Below the pieces are notes generated by a model. It was not told where the DNA came from and ran no database searches. It saw nothing but the letters and a program-made list of their open reading frames with translations. The position numbers and the translations under genes are program-made. A DNA stretch of 64,000 nucleotides, taken from positions 1,894,627 through 1,958,626 of the forward strand of contig MU004230.1 of the NCBI GenBank assembly GCA_010405405.1, written 5' to 3'. Positions 12,209 to 25,600 of the stretch are shown piece after piece. This DNA comes from Microthyrium microscopicum. Taxonomy: Eukaryota. The first letter of the stretch is position 1, and the number at the start of each line of letters is the position of its first letter.

Positions 12209-12998
12209 GGCGATTGATTGATACCGGGGAGAGTTGTCGTAGATATTAAGGCGACTGGAGTCACATAGTTCAAGAAGCGATCACGGATTGACTCCGCTAG
12301 ATAGAGCTTGAAGGTGTAGCAGTGAAGATGCCACAAAGCTTCATGAGCTCCAACGACCCATCGCAAAGGACAAATTGTAGCAGATTCCCGATGGCTTGGT
12401 TCCTTGTTGGTGTAAGTTAAAATGCAAGGGGCCATTGGCAGTTTAGTCATGAACCACTACCAATGTCTTGCGACTTTTTGTTTTGTTTCGAGGTACGGTA
12501 CTTACTACTACTAACACATATAGTAGATACTTATTGTCTAACTCGCCTATTTCATGCTCAATCGGAGTAGCATTAGCTGCGAATGTATCTGAATATATCT
12601 GACATGCCCAAAAGTCTAAGCTGCGAGTCTACAGTCGATCCATATAACACCAGCTCGATTTCCAAATGCCCACCAGCTGCCCCTTTGAGTTTTAAGGCTA
12701 TCCTCTGTTCTTGGTCATAAGTCGGGCGTCAATTTCGATTATATACTCAATTCTGACGACAGTCATCACCTGGAACACACTGGCATCAAGACTCCCGGTG
12801 CAACTTCTGAAATACTGCAATTCTCAGGTAATGTGTCCGCTTCAAGGGGTTTTCAAATCCGCCATAGAAAGATAAAAGTAGTGACAGAGTAATGATGAGG
12901 TTTGTGTAAATATCTACATGTCCATGCCGTAATATCCCGCTCTATAACTAATACACATACATATCATCCAATGTACAAGATACAATAATACTACATAT

Positions 12999-15171
12999 CT
13001 ACACCACAATTTCCCTCGCGGCCTCAGCAGCCTTTGCCGCCTCCTTTCTCTGCGCCATTGCCACGGCCTTCTTCACATATATGTCGCGTCTCGTCGCCCG
13101 TCGTGCTTTGCGATCCAAAACAGTCATCATTTTATCCACATTCTCACGAGCACCAGACCGGATGGCCAACATTTCTCGCTCCCGCTCTGTGAATCGCGCT
13201 GGCTCCATCACTGCCATTTGCTCTCGCTCTACGTGTTCCGCCTTCTCTGCCTCAGCTGCCCGCTGCTCGGGACCGCCGGGGATGTACAAACGGCCGTCTA
13301 TCGGCGGTTGAACATCAGCCAATTCGCGGTGGACTGCGCGTCGCTGAGCCAACTCAGAGGCACGATCAGGGGTAAGTTTCCATTCTTCGGGAAATTCATG
13401 GAATGGTTTGGCGTTGTGGTGGCGGAAGTCGAATGGGACGTCCTCAAAGGTGTCGGTGGGATCTCGAGCGTGGGTGAGTAGTTGTTCGACCAGATCGCCC
13501 AGGTAACGCTTGTTCTGTGCGGCTGTGTCAAAAGATTCACAGCTGATTTTGATGATGTCGGTAGAAGGATTATAGCGAGCACCAGCAAGCTTGATAAGTT
13601 TGGAACGTTGAATAGATGTTAGGTCCGGGACCTTGCTTGGGGAAAAGTCGACTACTACTTTTGACTCCGAGGGGTGCTTTTCTCCCATGTAGGTCGTGTA
13701 GCGGAAGCGTAGGAGTTGTTCTGCGGCGGGTGGTGTGAAAGGTTTGGCCAGTTCTAAATCGATTAGCATTATTCATAATAGAACCATTGCATCAGTTTGA
13801 CTTACTGCTAAGAAGAGGCAACTCCCAAACCATGTAACGGGCATATTGTCTAATCTCTTGTTTGAGATGTAGTTCTTGATGACCTTTCCTGGGTAGATCA
13901 TCGTTCTTGAATACTTCGTCGGGACCAAGCTCTTCGTCATCTTCATAGTTCCAGAAGCCAGGAACCATTCTCTCTGGCTTTGGCTCTCTATCGGCTACAG
14001 ACTCTGACTTGAAAAACTCTGCTCCAAAATGCCGGTCGTTCTCCCAAACCCTGAGCAGAATCTTTCGTGTCGCGGGATCAACTCCAGCGAGGATCTTGAA
14101 AAATACTCTGAGATCTCTCTCTGGACCGCGGCCTGGTTTGCCTTGTGAGACTGTTCTTAAACCACCGTCGCCTTCCCACCCGAGCCGTTTCCATAACTCA
14201 TAAAGACTCCCTTCTTTGTCAATCATATGCCAGAGGAATTTGTCTTCAATGATATGTTGAATTTTTGGAGTAGAGCTCGCATCCGGAGGCATTAAATCGA
14301 CTTCTTGAAGCATCTTCTCCATCTGTGTTCGAACACTGGGTTCCAGGTCCATGAGCATATCGTGTATCTGATCCCGTTGTTTTTCCTTCTTGATCTCTTC
14401 TGGTGTCATGCCTTCTAGACGACGATATTCTTTAAAAATAGCAGACTCAATTTCCTCGTCATCCTTCCCCTCGAGCCCCATATCTTTGATCATAGCCTGG
14501 TCTTGCTCTGTGACTTCAGCCTGACCAGACTCCAGCTTCTCTCGACTAAGACCAAGCTTCTCGAGTAGTGGGTCAAGAACTGTCGGATCCTCTCCAGCCT
14601 TTTCAACCACTTCTGCAAGCTCATCATAGCCTTCGAGTTGCTTCTCCAAATTTGCAATCTTTTCAAGTGATTCTCTCATGAGCTTCTGATCCTTGGGCGA
14701 TTGTTTGTCTTGGCGCATGAATTTCATGGCACCATCGATATCACCGCTTTCTACTAGATGCTGCACGTAGTCTTCAATCATTGTTTGAGTCTCTCGAGCA
14801 GTCAATGGTCTTCCTAGCCGATTGGTTTCTTCTTGCATTGCAGCGGCGAGCATTTCATCCTCTACTATGAGATCTTCATTCTTGGTTGTTGTCGATGTGA
14901 GCTCTTGGGAGTTCGATGTGTTGGCTTCAGGCGTCTTCGATTCAGGTTCTTGGGGTTTATCGATATTGGGTTCGGGTGATTTGGAGTCTGATGGATTGGA
15001 GCTAGACGTTTTCGCGTCATTGTCGTCCTGCCATCGCGAAGGAGTTGTCGCGAACGATCGAAGCGGCGCTTGTGAAGGTTGGATTCGGCGAATCGGTTGT
15101 AATGAAGCGCATGATTTCCTCGGGCACACTGACCTTGATCGGAAGAGTAACCTCCGCACTGCGAGTGCCAT
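12999..15171 (-). CDS. RSM24: Mitochondrial small-subunit ribosomal protein mS35 (Rsm24), ~706 aa
   Basis: Exons 15171-13806 and 13753-12999. Arg-rich presequence; conserved core EIRQYARYMVWELPLLSKLAKPF, LRFRYTTYMGEKHPSESKVVV, KLIKLAGARYNP, AQNKRYLGDL and DTFEDVPFDFRHH. Confidence 0.88.
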
Positions 15172-15553
15172 TGGACGTGTGTTGATGTTGAACAGACAAT
15201 GCAATGGTCTGGGAAAAAAGTTGAAGTTCGGATCTTGATGCCTTAGGCAGCATTTAGCTCCTTGCTGACATAATAGCTACACTGGCGTTTTGTTACATTA
15301 GCGTCTTCAAGCATTCAGCCAATCATAGGCTAAGTACGCCGCAGCTACCCGACCTCTATCATTTTGATCTACCAACATCAACAACTTCATGCGCCAACTC
15401 ATTCTGGCATATCTCCAGAGCAGTCCGTAAATCATGATAAACAGGCCTTTCAGATATCGTATGTAGCCGGATACTACTAATCCTATTCTCAAGTCTTCAA
15501 CCAGGCTAACAAACTCTATTTAGCTGTGTATTAGGACAACACCATCAATACCC

Positions 15554-16346
15554 ATGGACAATCCACCAAAACCCCAAAAGCTCTGCTTCGTAACCGTAGG
15601 CGCCACAGTATCCTTCAACGCGCTCATACAAGCAGTCATAAGCCCTGCATTCATCCAAGCACTCCTCAACGAATCCTACACCGAAGTCCGCGTGCAATAC
15701 GGCAAAGACGGCTACGAAGCATTCGTCAACGCCGTCAACCATGTGCGCGCAATGAACGGGGACCGTCTACCAGCTGGCCTTGCCATCAGCGGGTTTGATC
15801 TTGCGATCACAGCGCGAGAGTTGACGAAAGAGCTGGTCAAGACGCAAAGCAAAGGACAGAGCCGTGCGCAAGGAGCTTGCATTTCGCACGCCGGTAAGCT
15901 CCACCAGAACCTTAAAGCTCTATAGCGTTATAGAGCTATGCTAATTGAGGCGCAAACAGGCACAGGATCGCTGTTGGACGGTATGACCTACGGTGTACCG
16001 GTAGTGCTCGTGCCCAATCCAACGCTCGCGAACAATCACCAGGAGCAGTTGGCGAAACATTTTGCCAAACGGCATTATTGTATCCATGGACATGTCAAGT
16101 AAGCACCGATCCCACGAAGCATTTTCCCACATGTTCTGCAATCAAGAATGCTGATATAAGCCAACTAGTAACTTGCTGCCCGTTGTCCGAGAGATTGAAG
16201 ACTGGCGAACGGAAATGAACAAGCCGATGCGAGAGCAGTGGAAAGACGACGAGCCACGGCCTGAGAAACGCTATAAGATGGATCCAATTCTGACGCTTCT
16301 ACACGATCATATGGATGCTGAAATGGGGTTTGCCCAGGTGGAGTAG
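15554..16346 (+). CDS. ALG13: UDP-N-acetylglucosamine transferase subunit ALG13 (GT28 C-terminal), 218 aa
   Basis: Exons 15554-15893, 15960-16098, 16169-16346. Motifs CFVTVGATVSF, VRVQYG, ISHAGTGSLLD and VLVPNPTLANNHQEQLA. Confidence 0.9.
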
Positions 16347-18102
16347 AGGGAGAGACGCTCGCCTAAGCAAAGGGAAGTAGCTATTTACCTGGAAATCCGG
16401 GGAGGACAGCCATGGGAGATGGATGTCAAGACAAAAATGAATGACCAACAGTTAGACGACTAGCCAGTTTAGCCTCTGACAAGGTACAAGTACAGTTACG
16501 ATGAAATCTGGGGTATCCAAACGAAGCACTACTTTAGCAAGTATAGCTGGTTCCGCGTCATTAGTTTCGAGTTCGCGGAACGCGGGTTTGTTACAGGCAT
16601 CAAGTTCTGGAAACCCCCAGATCCGTCATCCCGCAACGTCAAGTAAACGCGATCCGAATAAACTTTCATGAGTCTCAAAAGGCCGAGTCACCCGACCAAC
16701 GTTCACGACCCAGATGATCGGACGCATGATGGAGAAAGTTAGAAATGTAATGGAAACAAAAAGTATTTTGTTGCCTTTTGTGATTTCGTTGTCTATCGAA
16801 ACTTGCCCAAATGAAATAACGTTGAACCTCCCAAGAAGAAACCCATTGGTCCCCATGAAAAAACGCCCAGCCAAGAAGGTTGCTTTGCGTATGAAGAAAA
16901 TCGCTCAATATGTATCTTTGTTGCCATCAATCTTCCATTTCCCAAGAATTGGCAGGCAGGGCATGTATTGTCAAAGTCCAGGATGTTTTTGGCAGAAAGC
17001 TCAATTCGGTATCGCAAAACACGTTCAGATATCCCATAGATTAAAAGCAAAAAGTAATGAAGAGAGGGTCGAACAATATCAATTTGTATCCCACCAACGC
17101 CTTGCAGTAAACACCAGAGAAAAAGCCCCCCAACCAGGTAAGAACGCCTTGCAAAAATGTGGACACAAAAAGTCAAAAACATGCCAGATCCGAAAATGTG
17201 AGTTGAAGAGCTTTGCCATGCATCCCGTTTGTTGCCCTGCCCATCCATCCGAGGGATAAGAAGAATTGAAAACCCTGCCATCTCGCAACTTTTTTTGTCC
17301 CCGTAGCCTTCCCCCATCCGAGATCCGTGGAAGAGGAACACACTCGTATCAAAAGGTTTCTTGGAGAAAAATCGTTTCAATCATCTCGTGATCGCGTCTG
17401 TGCCATACTTCGTTCGGCCGTCGACAATGAGCCAAGAAGTAAGAAAAAAGAAAGCGAGCATACAACACCTGTGGAAAACGCAAAACAAAGACACAGGATC
17501 CACGCCATCCCGGTGCAACAGATAAACGCAAACATTTTCAAATAAGACAAGAAAGCCATCCATACACACGTGAACACTCACTGCGTAGAAGAGTAGCTGA
17601 AGATACAAAGCTTAGGGACAAATGTCCATGAAGAGGAAAAAAGGGGAGAGTTTGAAGAATGAACATGAAGTTTTTGAATGGAAAATGCAATCCCCAGTCT
17701 ATAACCAATACACCGTTTGAAAACTCATGAATAGAAAGAAATTGCCATGCCGCTCTTGCTTCAAACACACTTTCAGCCTCAAAGATATGTTCCGACAGCA
17801 GTGGTTAGGCTTTTCAGCTTCCCCTCTTCTTTGCAGTGACCTTTTCCCCAAGCCACTCGATGATGTGAATATTGGGTGACCCCATAGTTAAAACAACAGA
17901 CAAGAACTGAAATCTTTACAACTCCAGGATAGATTTTTGATGGGACTCCACCCGAATTTCGCACCACGCCAGAATAAAAAGGGTAGTTGTATTAATGTCG
18001 TATCCCAAGCCCATGGTCAATTGACGGGTTGTCAATGACTGGATTGGCGGATACTGACTGGACCCGACTTTCGACTTGGTCACTTAATTCGGGTGCTAAC
18101 CC

Positions 18103-20322
18103 CTAGCATAGCGCACTCTGAACCGAGAGACCTTGATGTGGAAATTCTTCGTATGCAGATGAATGACTGAGTGCTGGAGATGGGGCGCGGAACGGATTCA
18201 AGCGCGGACTGTTGATGGCTTTGAGACCCGGGCTAGGAGTCCGGTTGGTAGGTCGAGGTTCGGGTGTATGTACTGGTTGAGGATGAAGCTTGACCTTTGG
18301 TGAAGGTGGTGAATTGCTAGCTGAGGATCCTGCACTGGAGGTATTACTGTCCGAGCTGTCATCCAGAGCCCCATCAATCTGCTGCATTGTCAATTGTTTC
18401 GCGCCTTCTTCTTTTGGGGTAGGTGATGTGACGGCCGTGTTATTGCCATCAGATCCAAAGTAGCAAAACTTTTGAATCAAGTCCCTGTATTCCTCGGACC
18501 CAAGGGTTGGACGAGCTCCGCCAATGGCGGCGGCCACAGGTTGTACTGCGGGTGCAGGTGGTGCTACGGGTGCGACAACTGGTGCTGCGACGGGTGCAAC
18601 AACACGCTGCGGTCGAGGTGGTGGGGTTTGTTTAGGCGTGATAGAAATTCCGCTCAAGTCTCCAAGGGCATTTTGAGCCGTTGTCAACGCAGCATGCAGA
18701 GAACTGTTGAAGTCATAGCGAGTTGAAAGTCGGTTGCTGGACGAATGCTGTAGAGAATGGTCTTGGAAGGTATGACCTTTCTTACGGTCTGCCCCAGTTC
18801 GACCACGGAATGGAGATTCGAATTGCGTGGAGAATTCATCGTCGCTGCTTCCCATTGGAAAGGATCGAGGTCGCGGAATTGTGTTCTTGGAACTATGTCG
18901 GCTGCGTGGTATTCCAACTGGTGGTGTGCTTAGAGGAGTAGATCCCACAGTCTTGCTGACACGCGGTGCTGGCATTTTTGGTGCTGGCAGCTTTCGGCTA
19001 AAGTCGATCTGGAAGTTGGCACCACCATTGTTGTCCCAGTGCTCTTGTCCACCCGAGTTGTATCGAACACAGAGATAGAGTGTCTTATTCTGCAGATTTG
19101 CCTGTTCCGAGAGCTTTATGGTAAACTTGAAACGATCATAGCCATCATGGTGCTGTGTGAAGCGAATGTCAGTCCATTCTGCAATCACTTCTGATGTGGT
19201 TCTCCAGTAATCAAAAGTGAATCTTGCAACGATGAACTTCTCAAACGCGATGTTTGCAACTGCGCAGATACCTTCCAGGCTCTTGAAATCCTTGGAAAGG
19301 GTCAATTGCTCAACACGCACGGGCATGCATTGCCGCTCATGAGAATTTCTGGCGTCCTTGGAATCAAAGTTGGTTTTGATTTCCCATTCGATAGGACGCG
19401 ACTTTCGAGGCATTTCTAGACCGAATGGGTAGTCCGACTCGCTGTCATAAGTTTCCACCGGAGAAGAGTCTGCACTGACAGCGGAAGGCTTGTCAACCTG
19501 AAGGAAGTGACGGACTTGTTCGATGTTTTCGTTGAAGTGAACTGCCTTTGGATAGGTTGGTGTGCCTGGGGCACTTAGCGGTCGTCTTTTATGAGAGGAA
19601 TCTCGTAGAGCAGGTCTAACGAGTTCGCCAGATTTCTTTCGAATCAGTTGAACCCGTCTTCGTTCCAACGCAGCCTCATCGTCACTATCGATGGGTGAAG
19701 AGTTGTCTGAAGCAATGGCCATTTGATCTTGTGGAGGATAAAGCATATCGCTACTCGATCGAGAATGTGAGATTTTCCGTTGCTCTTGTGATAGAGGCGG
19801 TGGAGTAGCGGTTTCAATATAGAGACCCAAAGGTGTCTGCTTGGGAGCCAGGGGAACATTGCCATCTTCTCTTCTCGTGGGAGACTGTCTTCGCTGCATT
19901 GACAGGTTGCCACTGCTCTTTAGCGTTTGTGCCAAAACAGCAATTTGTCTGGAACGACCACGATCTTCGTCATCTTCGGAGCTGCCCGCTTCTATTGGGG
20001 ATGCAGTTAGACCAGTAGACAAAAGAGGTTTGAAGCTTGTGATTGGTAATGAGGGTCTACCAGCTATAACCGTAGAATTGCCATCAGAAAAAGATGGCAT
20101 TGATGGGTTGCCATGTGTGTTGGAAGCCTGAACGACTGGCTGTTGATCGGCAAATGATGGACCGCGGCGATGCTTGTGGAGATAAGTGGCTGACTTTGAG
20201 CGAGGAAGCTCTTGTCGGACCGGTTTCGTCGAAGGTGAGGAGGATTTGTCGTATGAATGATTGCGGGTGATAGAAGGACTAGATGTTGCTGGGGAGCGTG
20301 GAGTCGGTGGGGTGTAAGGCAT
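18103..20322 (-). CDS. Protein phosphatase 1 glycogen-targeting regulatory subunit with CBM21 domain (Gac1/Gip2-like)
   Basis: ATG at 20322 (MPYTPP). RVxF-type motif KAVHF; CBM21 signature GICAVANIAFEKFIVARFTFDYWRT..YDRFKF..LCVRYNSGGQEHWDNNGGANF. Confidence 0.9.
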   Translation of the reverse strand: MPYTPPTPRSPATSSPSITRNHSYDKSSSPSTKPVRQELPRSKSATYLHKHRRGPSFADQQPVVQASNTHGNPSMPSFSDGNSTVIAGRPSLPITSFKPLLSTGLTASPIEAGSSEDDEDRGRSRQIAVLAQTLKSSGNLSMQRRQSPTRREDGNVPLAPKQTPLGLYIETATPPPLSQEQRKISHSRSSSDMLYPPQDQMAIASDNSSPIDSDDEAALERRRVQLIRKKSGELVRPALRDSSHKRRPLSAPGTPTYPKAVHFNENIEQVRHFLQVDKPSAVSADSSPVETYDSESDYPFGLEMPRKSRPIEWEIKTNFDSKDARNSHERQCMPVRVEQLTLSKDFKSLEGICAVANIAFEKFIVARFTFDYWRTTSEVIAEWTDIRFTQHHDGYDRFKFTIKLSEQANLQNKTLYLCVRYNSGGQEHWDNNGGANFQIDFSRKLPAPKMPAPRVSKTVGSTPLSTPPVGIPRSRHSSKNTIPRPRSFPMGSSDDEFSTQFESPFRGRTGADRKKGHTFQDHSLQHSSSNRLSTRYDFNSSLHAALTTAQNALGDLSGISITPKQTPPPRPQRVVAPVAAPVVAPVAPPAPAVQPVAAAIGGARPTLGSEEYRDLIQKFCYFGSDGNNTAVTSPTPKEEGAKQLTMQQIDGALDDSSDSNTSSAGSSASNSPPSPKVKLHPQPVHTPEPRPTNRTPSPGLKAINSPRLNPFRAPSPALSHSSAYEEFPHQGLSVQSALC

Positions 20323-21672
20323 TTTCCTCAACGAGGATGAGTGGGCAGTGTAGTCGATGAGGAGGAAATGACAAGAATGGGGGAATTAAGTAGTTCAGGA
20401 TCTCATATGTAGGGAAGAGTCTGCACGAGCCTAGGACTGTTTAGCAAACGATTTGGGAGACGGCGAGCATGCAAAGGTTGCAGAGAGGTGGAAGCAGCGA
20501 ACCAGATATCAGAGGTTGAAGGTCAGAGGACACTGCTTTGGAACACAATTGGAATTATGGGTAGTGAAGTTATAGGATAATAGGCGTGTGTAGGCAGTAT
20601 GTGACCAAGCGAAGGGTATGCAAAAAGATTTGTGCTAGATCCAAGTGGGAGGCCACGGAATCCACAATAACGAGACGATAGGAGAGCAATTGAGAGCGGA
20701 GATAGCAGATAGGGCAGTGAAAGCGAAAGGTCAACTGGTTCAGGCCTGCTTGTGATATCGTGAAGTGATGATATAATTTGGCAGCAGGCCCGAAGCGGTT
20801 GATAGCTGGTGGTGGTTGACAGATAATCGCCTTGCTGACTGATCACTATGTGACTGGTTCTTGCCTAGTCTTTTGTGCTCAAATTCTCAATGCGGCAAGA
20901 GCGAGTCTCGTGAGATGGGTATCAGGCTTGTATATTGCCAATGTGGGCAGGAAGTGCTCTGACAATGGGCTTGTTGCGGCAGGCACGCTGCAGGTGGTGG
21001 GAAGGAATGGATGATTTTGACGAGACAGGTAAAACGAGAAGATGGTAACAAAGAACAATAGCAAGGGAATGTGGTGTTTCTTACTTTGATGACGCTCTGG
21101 GAGGCAGGCAGCTCTTTTTTCTTTGTTCAGTGGTGGGCGATAAGGCCTCGAGAAATCCAAACAAAGACCAAGCAGTTCCGAACAAAGGATAGACCGCGAG
21201 GATGACGATATGGATGGGCAGAGGCAAGTCTCCAGTGAAGAATGAGTTCCTGCTTGCGATAATATATGTTTACTGCTTCGTGATCGAGAGGCAGAGATGT
21301 TTGGGAGGAGGAGGATACAGGCGGAGGAGGGCGGGAGCTGTGGAAGGGAAGGAAGAGATGGTGTAGGAATCGGTGGTTGATGAATATTATCAGACTGTTC
21401 CCACACTTGGCTGCACTTGCCTTAGTTTGCAAGAAGACTAGCATAGACACTAGCACTGTGCACGGCTAGGCCTTTTGATACAGGCGCCGTCACTGGCCAG
21501 TGCAGCCGCTAGTCTAGGATAGTGGCAGGCATTTGCAGGCATTGTGGGCGAAAAATCAGAGCCAGGGCTTGAACCATTCAACACCATCCCGGATTATACA
21601 GGTTTCGTGTGCCCAGCCAAAAGCCCACCACTTCCAACTCTTAACTTAAGCAGCCCAGCATCATCACACACT

Positions 21673-22656
21673 CAGAAGAAGTTTCCACTGACCCCTTCCT
21701 AAAGCCCCCCCTGCCAGAGGCCCCCCTTAAGCCTCTCCGCCACTCCTGCCGTTAGCACACACTAAGTTAAAAAGTGCCTTAGTGCCGCCACCAAATCTAA
21801 TAATTGGCTAAGTATAGAAGCTAGGACACTTTGGCAAAACAAGGAAATTTGAGTATAAACCTAAGGCACTAGCGGCCCTTAAGGGACGCGTCTAGATACC
21901 AAACAAACCTGAAAATTAACGATAGCGACGTTAACAAAGCGCGTGCGCGTGAAGTAAGTATATGTAGGAGTAGGGAGCACTAGGGGATAGGATCTACGTA
22001 GGAATAGGTATAGGAATAGGTAGGGAAATAGGCGTAGGAATAAGAGCTCAAAAGACGTAATTAAAGGTGTTAAAGATATTAAAGATATTAAAGATATTAA
22101 GCTACTAAAACACGTCTTAATTAAGATTTAAAGGGAGTAAAAGTGCTAAGCCTTGCCAAGCCTCTCTATAATTAGCTAAAATTACTTATTAATAAGATAG
22201 ATTAGATTAGATTGCTAAGGCTTAGCACTAGTCCTTTACTAGAAGACGTATTTTAGTAGCTTAATATCTTTAACATCTTTAATATCTTCAACACCTTTAA
22301 TTACGTCTTTTAAGCTCTTATTCCTGTGCCTATTCCTCTACCTATTCCTGTGCCTATTCCTATATAGATCCTATCCCCTAGTGCTCCCTACCCCTATATA
22401 TACCTACTTTACGCACGCGCGCGCGCTTTGCTATCTTATAGTTTTTAAGTATTTTAGCTTTAAACGCGTCTTTTAAAGGGCTACCAACCCTTGCCTTAGG
22501 TTTGTTAGGCAATTCTGTCTTAAGCTTAGACCTATCATTAAATTGGGTGGCGGCGCTACCTGATTTAGTAACAGGTCTAAGCTCAAGCTAGTGGAGGGTA
22601 AAGGGGGGCCTCTGGCAGGGGGGGCCTAAGTAAGGGGTCAGTGGAAACTTCTTTTG
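21673..22656. mobile_element. Non-autonomous foldback DNA transposon (Mutator/MULE-like), RIP-mutated, 984 bp
   Basis: Exact 9-bp TSD TCACACACT at 21664-21672 and 22657-22665. Termini CAGAAGAAGTTTCCACTGACCCCTT.. / ..AAGGGGTCAGTGGAAACTTCTTTTG. The inverted repeat continues, with divergent patches, almost to the centre. No ORF. Confidence 0.88.
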
Positions 22657-25600
22657 TCACACACTTCAAGTTCCCGCCTTAACCACTCCCCTCCAGTCTG
22701 TCAACTCTGTCCTCCAGTAAAGCCACAGCCCACAGGCCAAGCTCCCAGGCCCGTCTGCACCATGGACAGGCATTGAGCAGGTCCACCCTGCCGAACGGGG
22801 ATCACCGTTGAAAGGGCGAGCATGCAGAAAGCAACCGCCCACTTTACAGACCCACTGCTCTCTCGCGTTCACAATCTTGGTGTCGTTACCTGTTACGCAT
22901 TGGCGGCAACCTTTTTCTTCGCCATGCCATGCCAATTTCTGTAAAAGTCTCTTTGGCCACCGCCGTCTTGACAATCGTCGTACACCACTGGTGAAAATCT
23001 TTTATACACCATCATTTCGACGCGTCCGACATTGATGCTGTGTGCCCTGTTCGGTCTTCATATCCGTTGCGAAAAACTTTTCAATGCTCGCTGCAACCAT
23101 GGCGAAACTTTGATGTGAAGCTTGCCACGCCACCACCAATCTTTTGCCGCTCACTACTTGTCTGGTAGGTCTACTAAGTGGCCTTGCTCAAGGACCCTAC
23201 TTACTTTACGAAACCCCATTTCAATTCTAAACTTATACACATGATCCGATAAGGAAAGCATATCCAGAACTCGACTCAACTGATTGTAGGCCGTCTTGTC
23301 AATTTCTCAAGGAGTCAAGAACCATTCTTCCTTCTTTATCTCCATGGGCCATGGCAGATCAATTACTTTACCTGGTATCCTACATTTGATAACACCACCA
23401 TAGTGGCAGCCAGGACTCAGGAACCAGGGACCTAGCAAGCTTATTACCTTTACGAACCACTAACAAGACCCTTTGTGCAGAGCTCTTTTCTTCTTCTCTC
23501 CCCGTAGACGCGATGAGGAAACAGCGTGCGACTTCAAAGCCTGTGTAATGCTGCGAATGCTTCTGAGACTGGCTGTTACAACATGCCACTGCATATACAA
23601 TAATATTGTCCCAAAAGCCTCCTCGCACGTTGCCAACTTGCCATGTCTTAAACTAGAGGCTGAACTAATACTATACTGATTATTCTGTACCTTACCTTTG
23701 AAGTTTTAATACCCTGGAAATGGATCAATGGTGATTTTGACCCTCGACATGCCAAATGGTGAGTACTGCATAGTCGCCCTACCGTAATCAATTCTACGGT
23801 TATCGAGCCAAACTTGGCAGGTCCTAGTTTCTACTATACATTTGCACTGATTGTTATATAAGATATACAAAAGTATTTCAGCAAGCAAGTCCAGTAATGA
23901 CCAATGTATTGTTTCGCCAGCCATGAACTACTGTAGATATCACCATCTACACAACTATCACAAAGCTGAAGATGAAACCGTCAAAAAACCAGCAAACGTG
24001 GGACCCGCCAGGCATTTGCAGCCTTGTTCAATGCTCCTACGCCAGCCTCCAGGCGGCAACAAAGCCCCGCCATCAAATCTCCCGCCTGTAAGATTGCGCG
24101 TCTGTTTGATCTTGATCTTGGGAAAACTCTTGCTTGGTATACAAAAAATTATCGTATCGCTATCATGCTATCATCTATCACCAGCAATGAAACAAACAGC
24201 TTCCTTGGATATCCGCGGAGTCCTTGTACACGCGGCTGGTAGATATAATACTTACTGTAATTATTACTCCTAGGAGAGTAGACTAATCAAGGGCAGCAGA
24301 GTGGTTAGGACTTGTAATCGTTCAAGGTTTGCTTATCTATGCCGCAATGCCGCTAGGATAAACAACACCGTTTTTGTAAAATCTGCTTTCAGCCCTCGTT
24401 CTTTTCTTGATAGTGTTGCGAGTCTAATATATCACACTCTCCCAAGGGTGATAAGTAACTGTACGATATCACCATTGCAATTTTGTTCTTGGTAGACGGA
24501 CAGTGTCACGTAAGACGAGAGTTGAAAATGTTGTGATGTGCCACTTTGGAAAGTCAGTCGGCGGATGCACGCCATGCCGCTTTATGAGCGACGCGCGAGC
24601 TAAAATAACAGGATCCGTTCACGAGTTGAACCTCCATAGCGTGGATGGTTTGCGGCCAATTGACCAATGAAGTCAAAGATATGACAGCCCCTCATCAGCC
24701 ATAGATTATTGCGTGCAGAGCACAAATTCATGTGAATGAGGTGATTATCAATTTGAATATAACGAACTTAAAGCATCGAAGACGTAAATGCATAAGAGAA
24801 TTATGACATTGTGTAGATGCCATTTACAAATGCTTGCATTGAAGGTCTACATGGTAGTAGGAAGCAACTGGGAGCAAGGAAGTATCAAGACTCAAAAAGC
24901 TACGCAATTCACTAAACCTGTTCGGTACCAGGACTTCCAGGCTCAGCACCAAGCAATAAACCTTTGTCTTTTTTGGATTGACAAATGCATATCTAAGCGC
25001 CAGCTCTGGTGTTAAGGAAGATATAATCAGGATTATACTTTCTACCAGGCTGTCGGAGCGATAGAAGGCCACTTTTCTCCCGCAGTCTGCTCAAGCTCAC
25101 TGATCAAATTACGGGCCGCCGTGCCGTAGAAATCTGTATGATCAGGCTGATCTTTCCAGGTGTAGAGAAGGCGATTACTTGACATCGTCTTCTGACTACA
25201 AACCACAGAGACTTTGGTTCCACGGTAATCGCTAGTAGTAGTTGCAAAACTCCATTTTACTCTGGGGCAGTTAGCGGCTCTTTTTGTATGGATAGAGCTC
25301 CATTTCCATATTAACGGGCCGGCAAGCTGTTTACATCCGAGCACTTGCACAGAAACCTACCAACCAATATAAAAAAGGTGTATCTTGAATTGACACGAGC
25401 CGCTCTAACACTTACCATACAGCCCGGAAAAATAACACGCATCACAGCTATCCCAATATCGGTAGCTATGGTAGCCATAGACGTGTTCACGTGTACTTGT
25501 AAACAATTCTTAAAGGATGCTGCTACGATAATCCTTGATCGGATCATGGATGTGTAGCAAAGTTAGAGTAGGAACCGTAATTCAGAATCCCATGCTGCTT

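Noticed and set aside
16344..16346. Terminal TAG codons (ALG13; also the CBM21 and RSM24 genes) as stop-loss editing sites
   Set aside because: The proteins are already complete, the downstream frames are short and unremarkable, and no anticodon-like hairpin was seen.
16620..18100. Cluster of 60-195 aa ORFs on both strands
   Set aside because: No recognisable motifs or coding-like composition. The minus strand is U-rich, consistent with a long 3' UTR or terminator region of the CBM21 gene.
20879..21456. Minus-strand ORFs of 109-175 aa upstream of the CBM21 gene
   Set aside because: Pyrimidine-rich, promoter/5' UTR-like sequence giving Ser/Pro/Leu-biased translations with no domain evidence.
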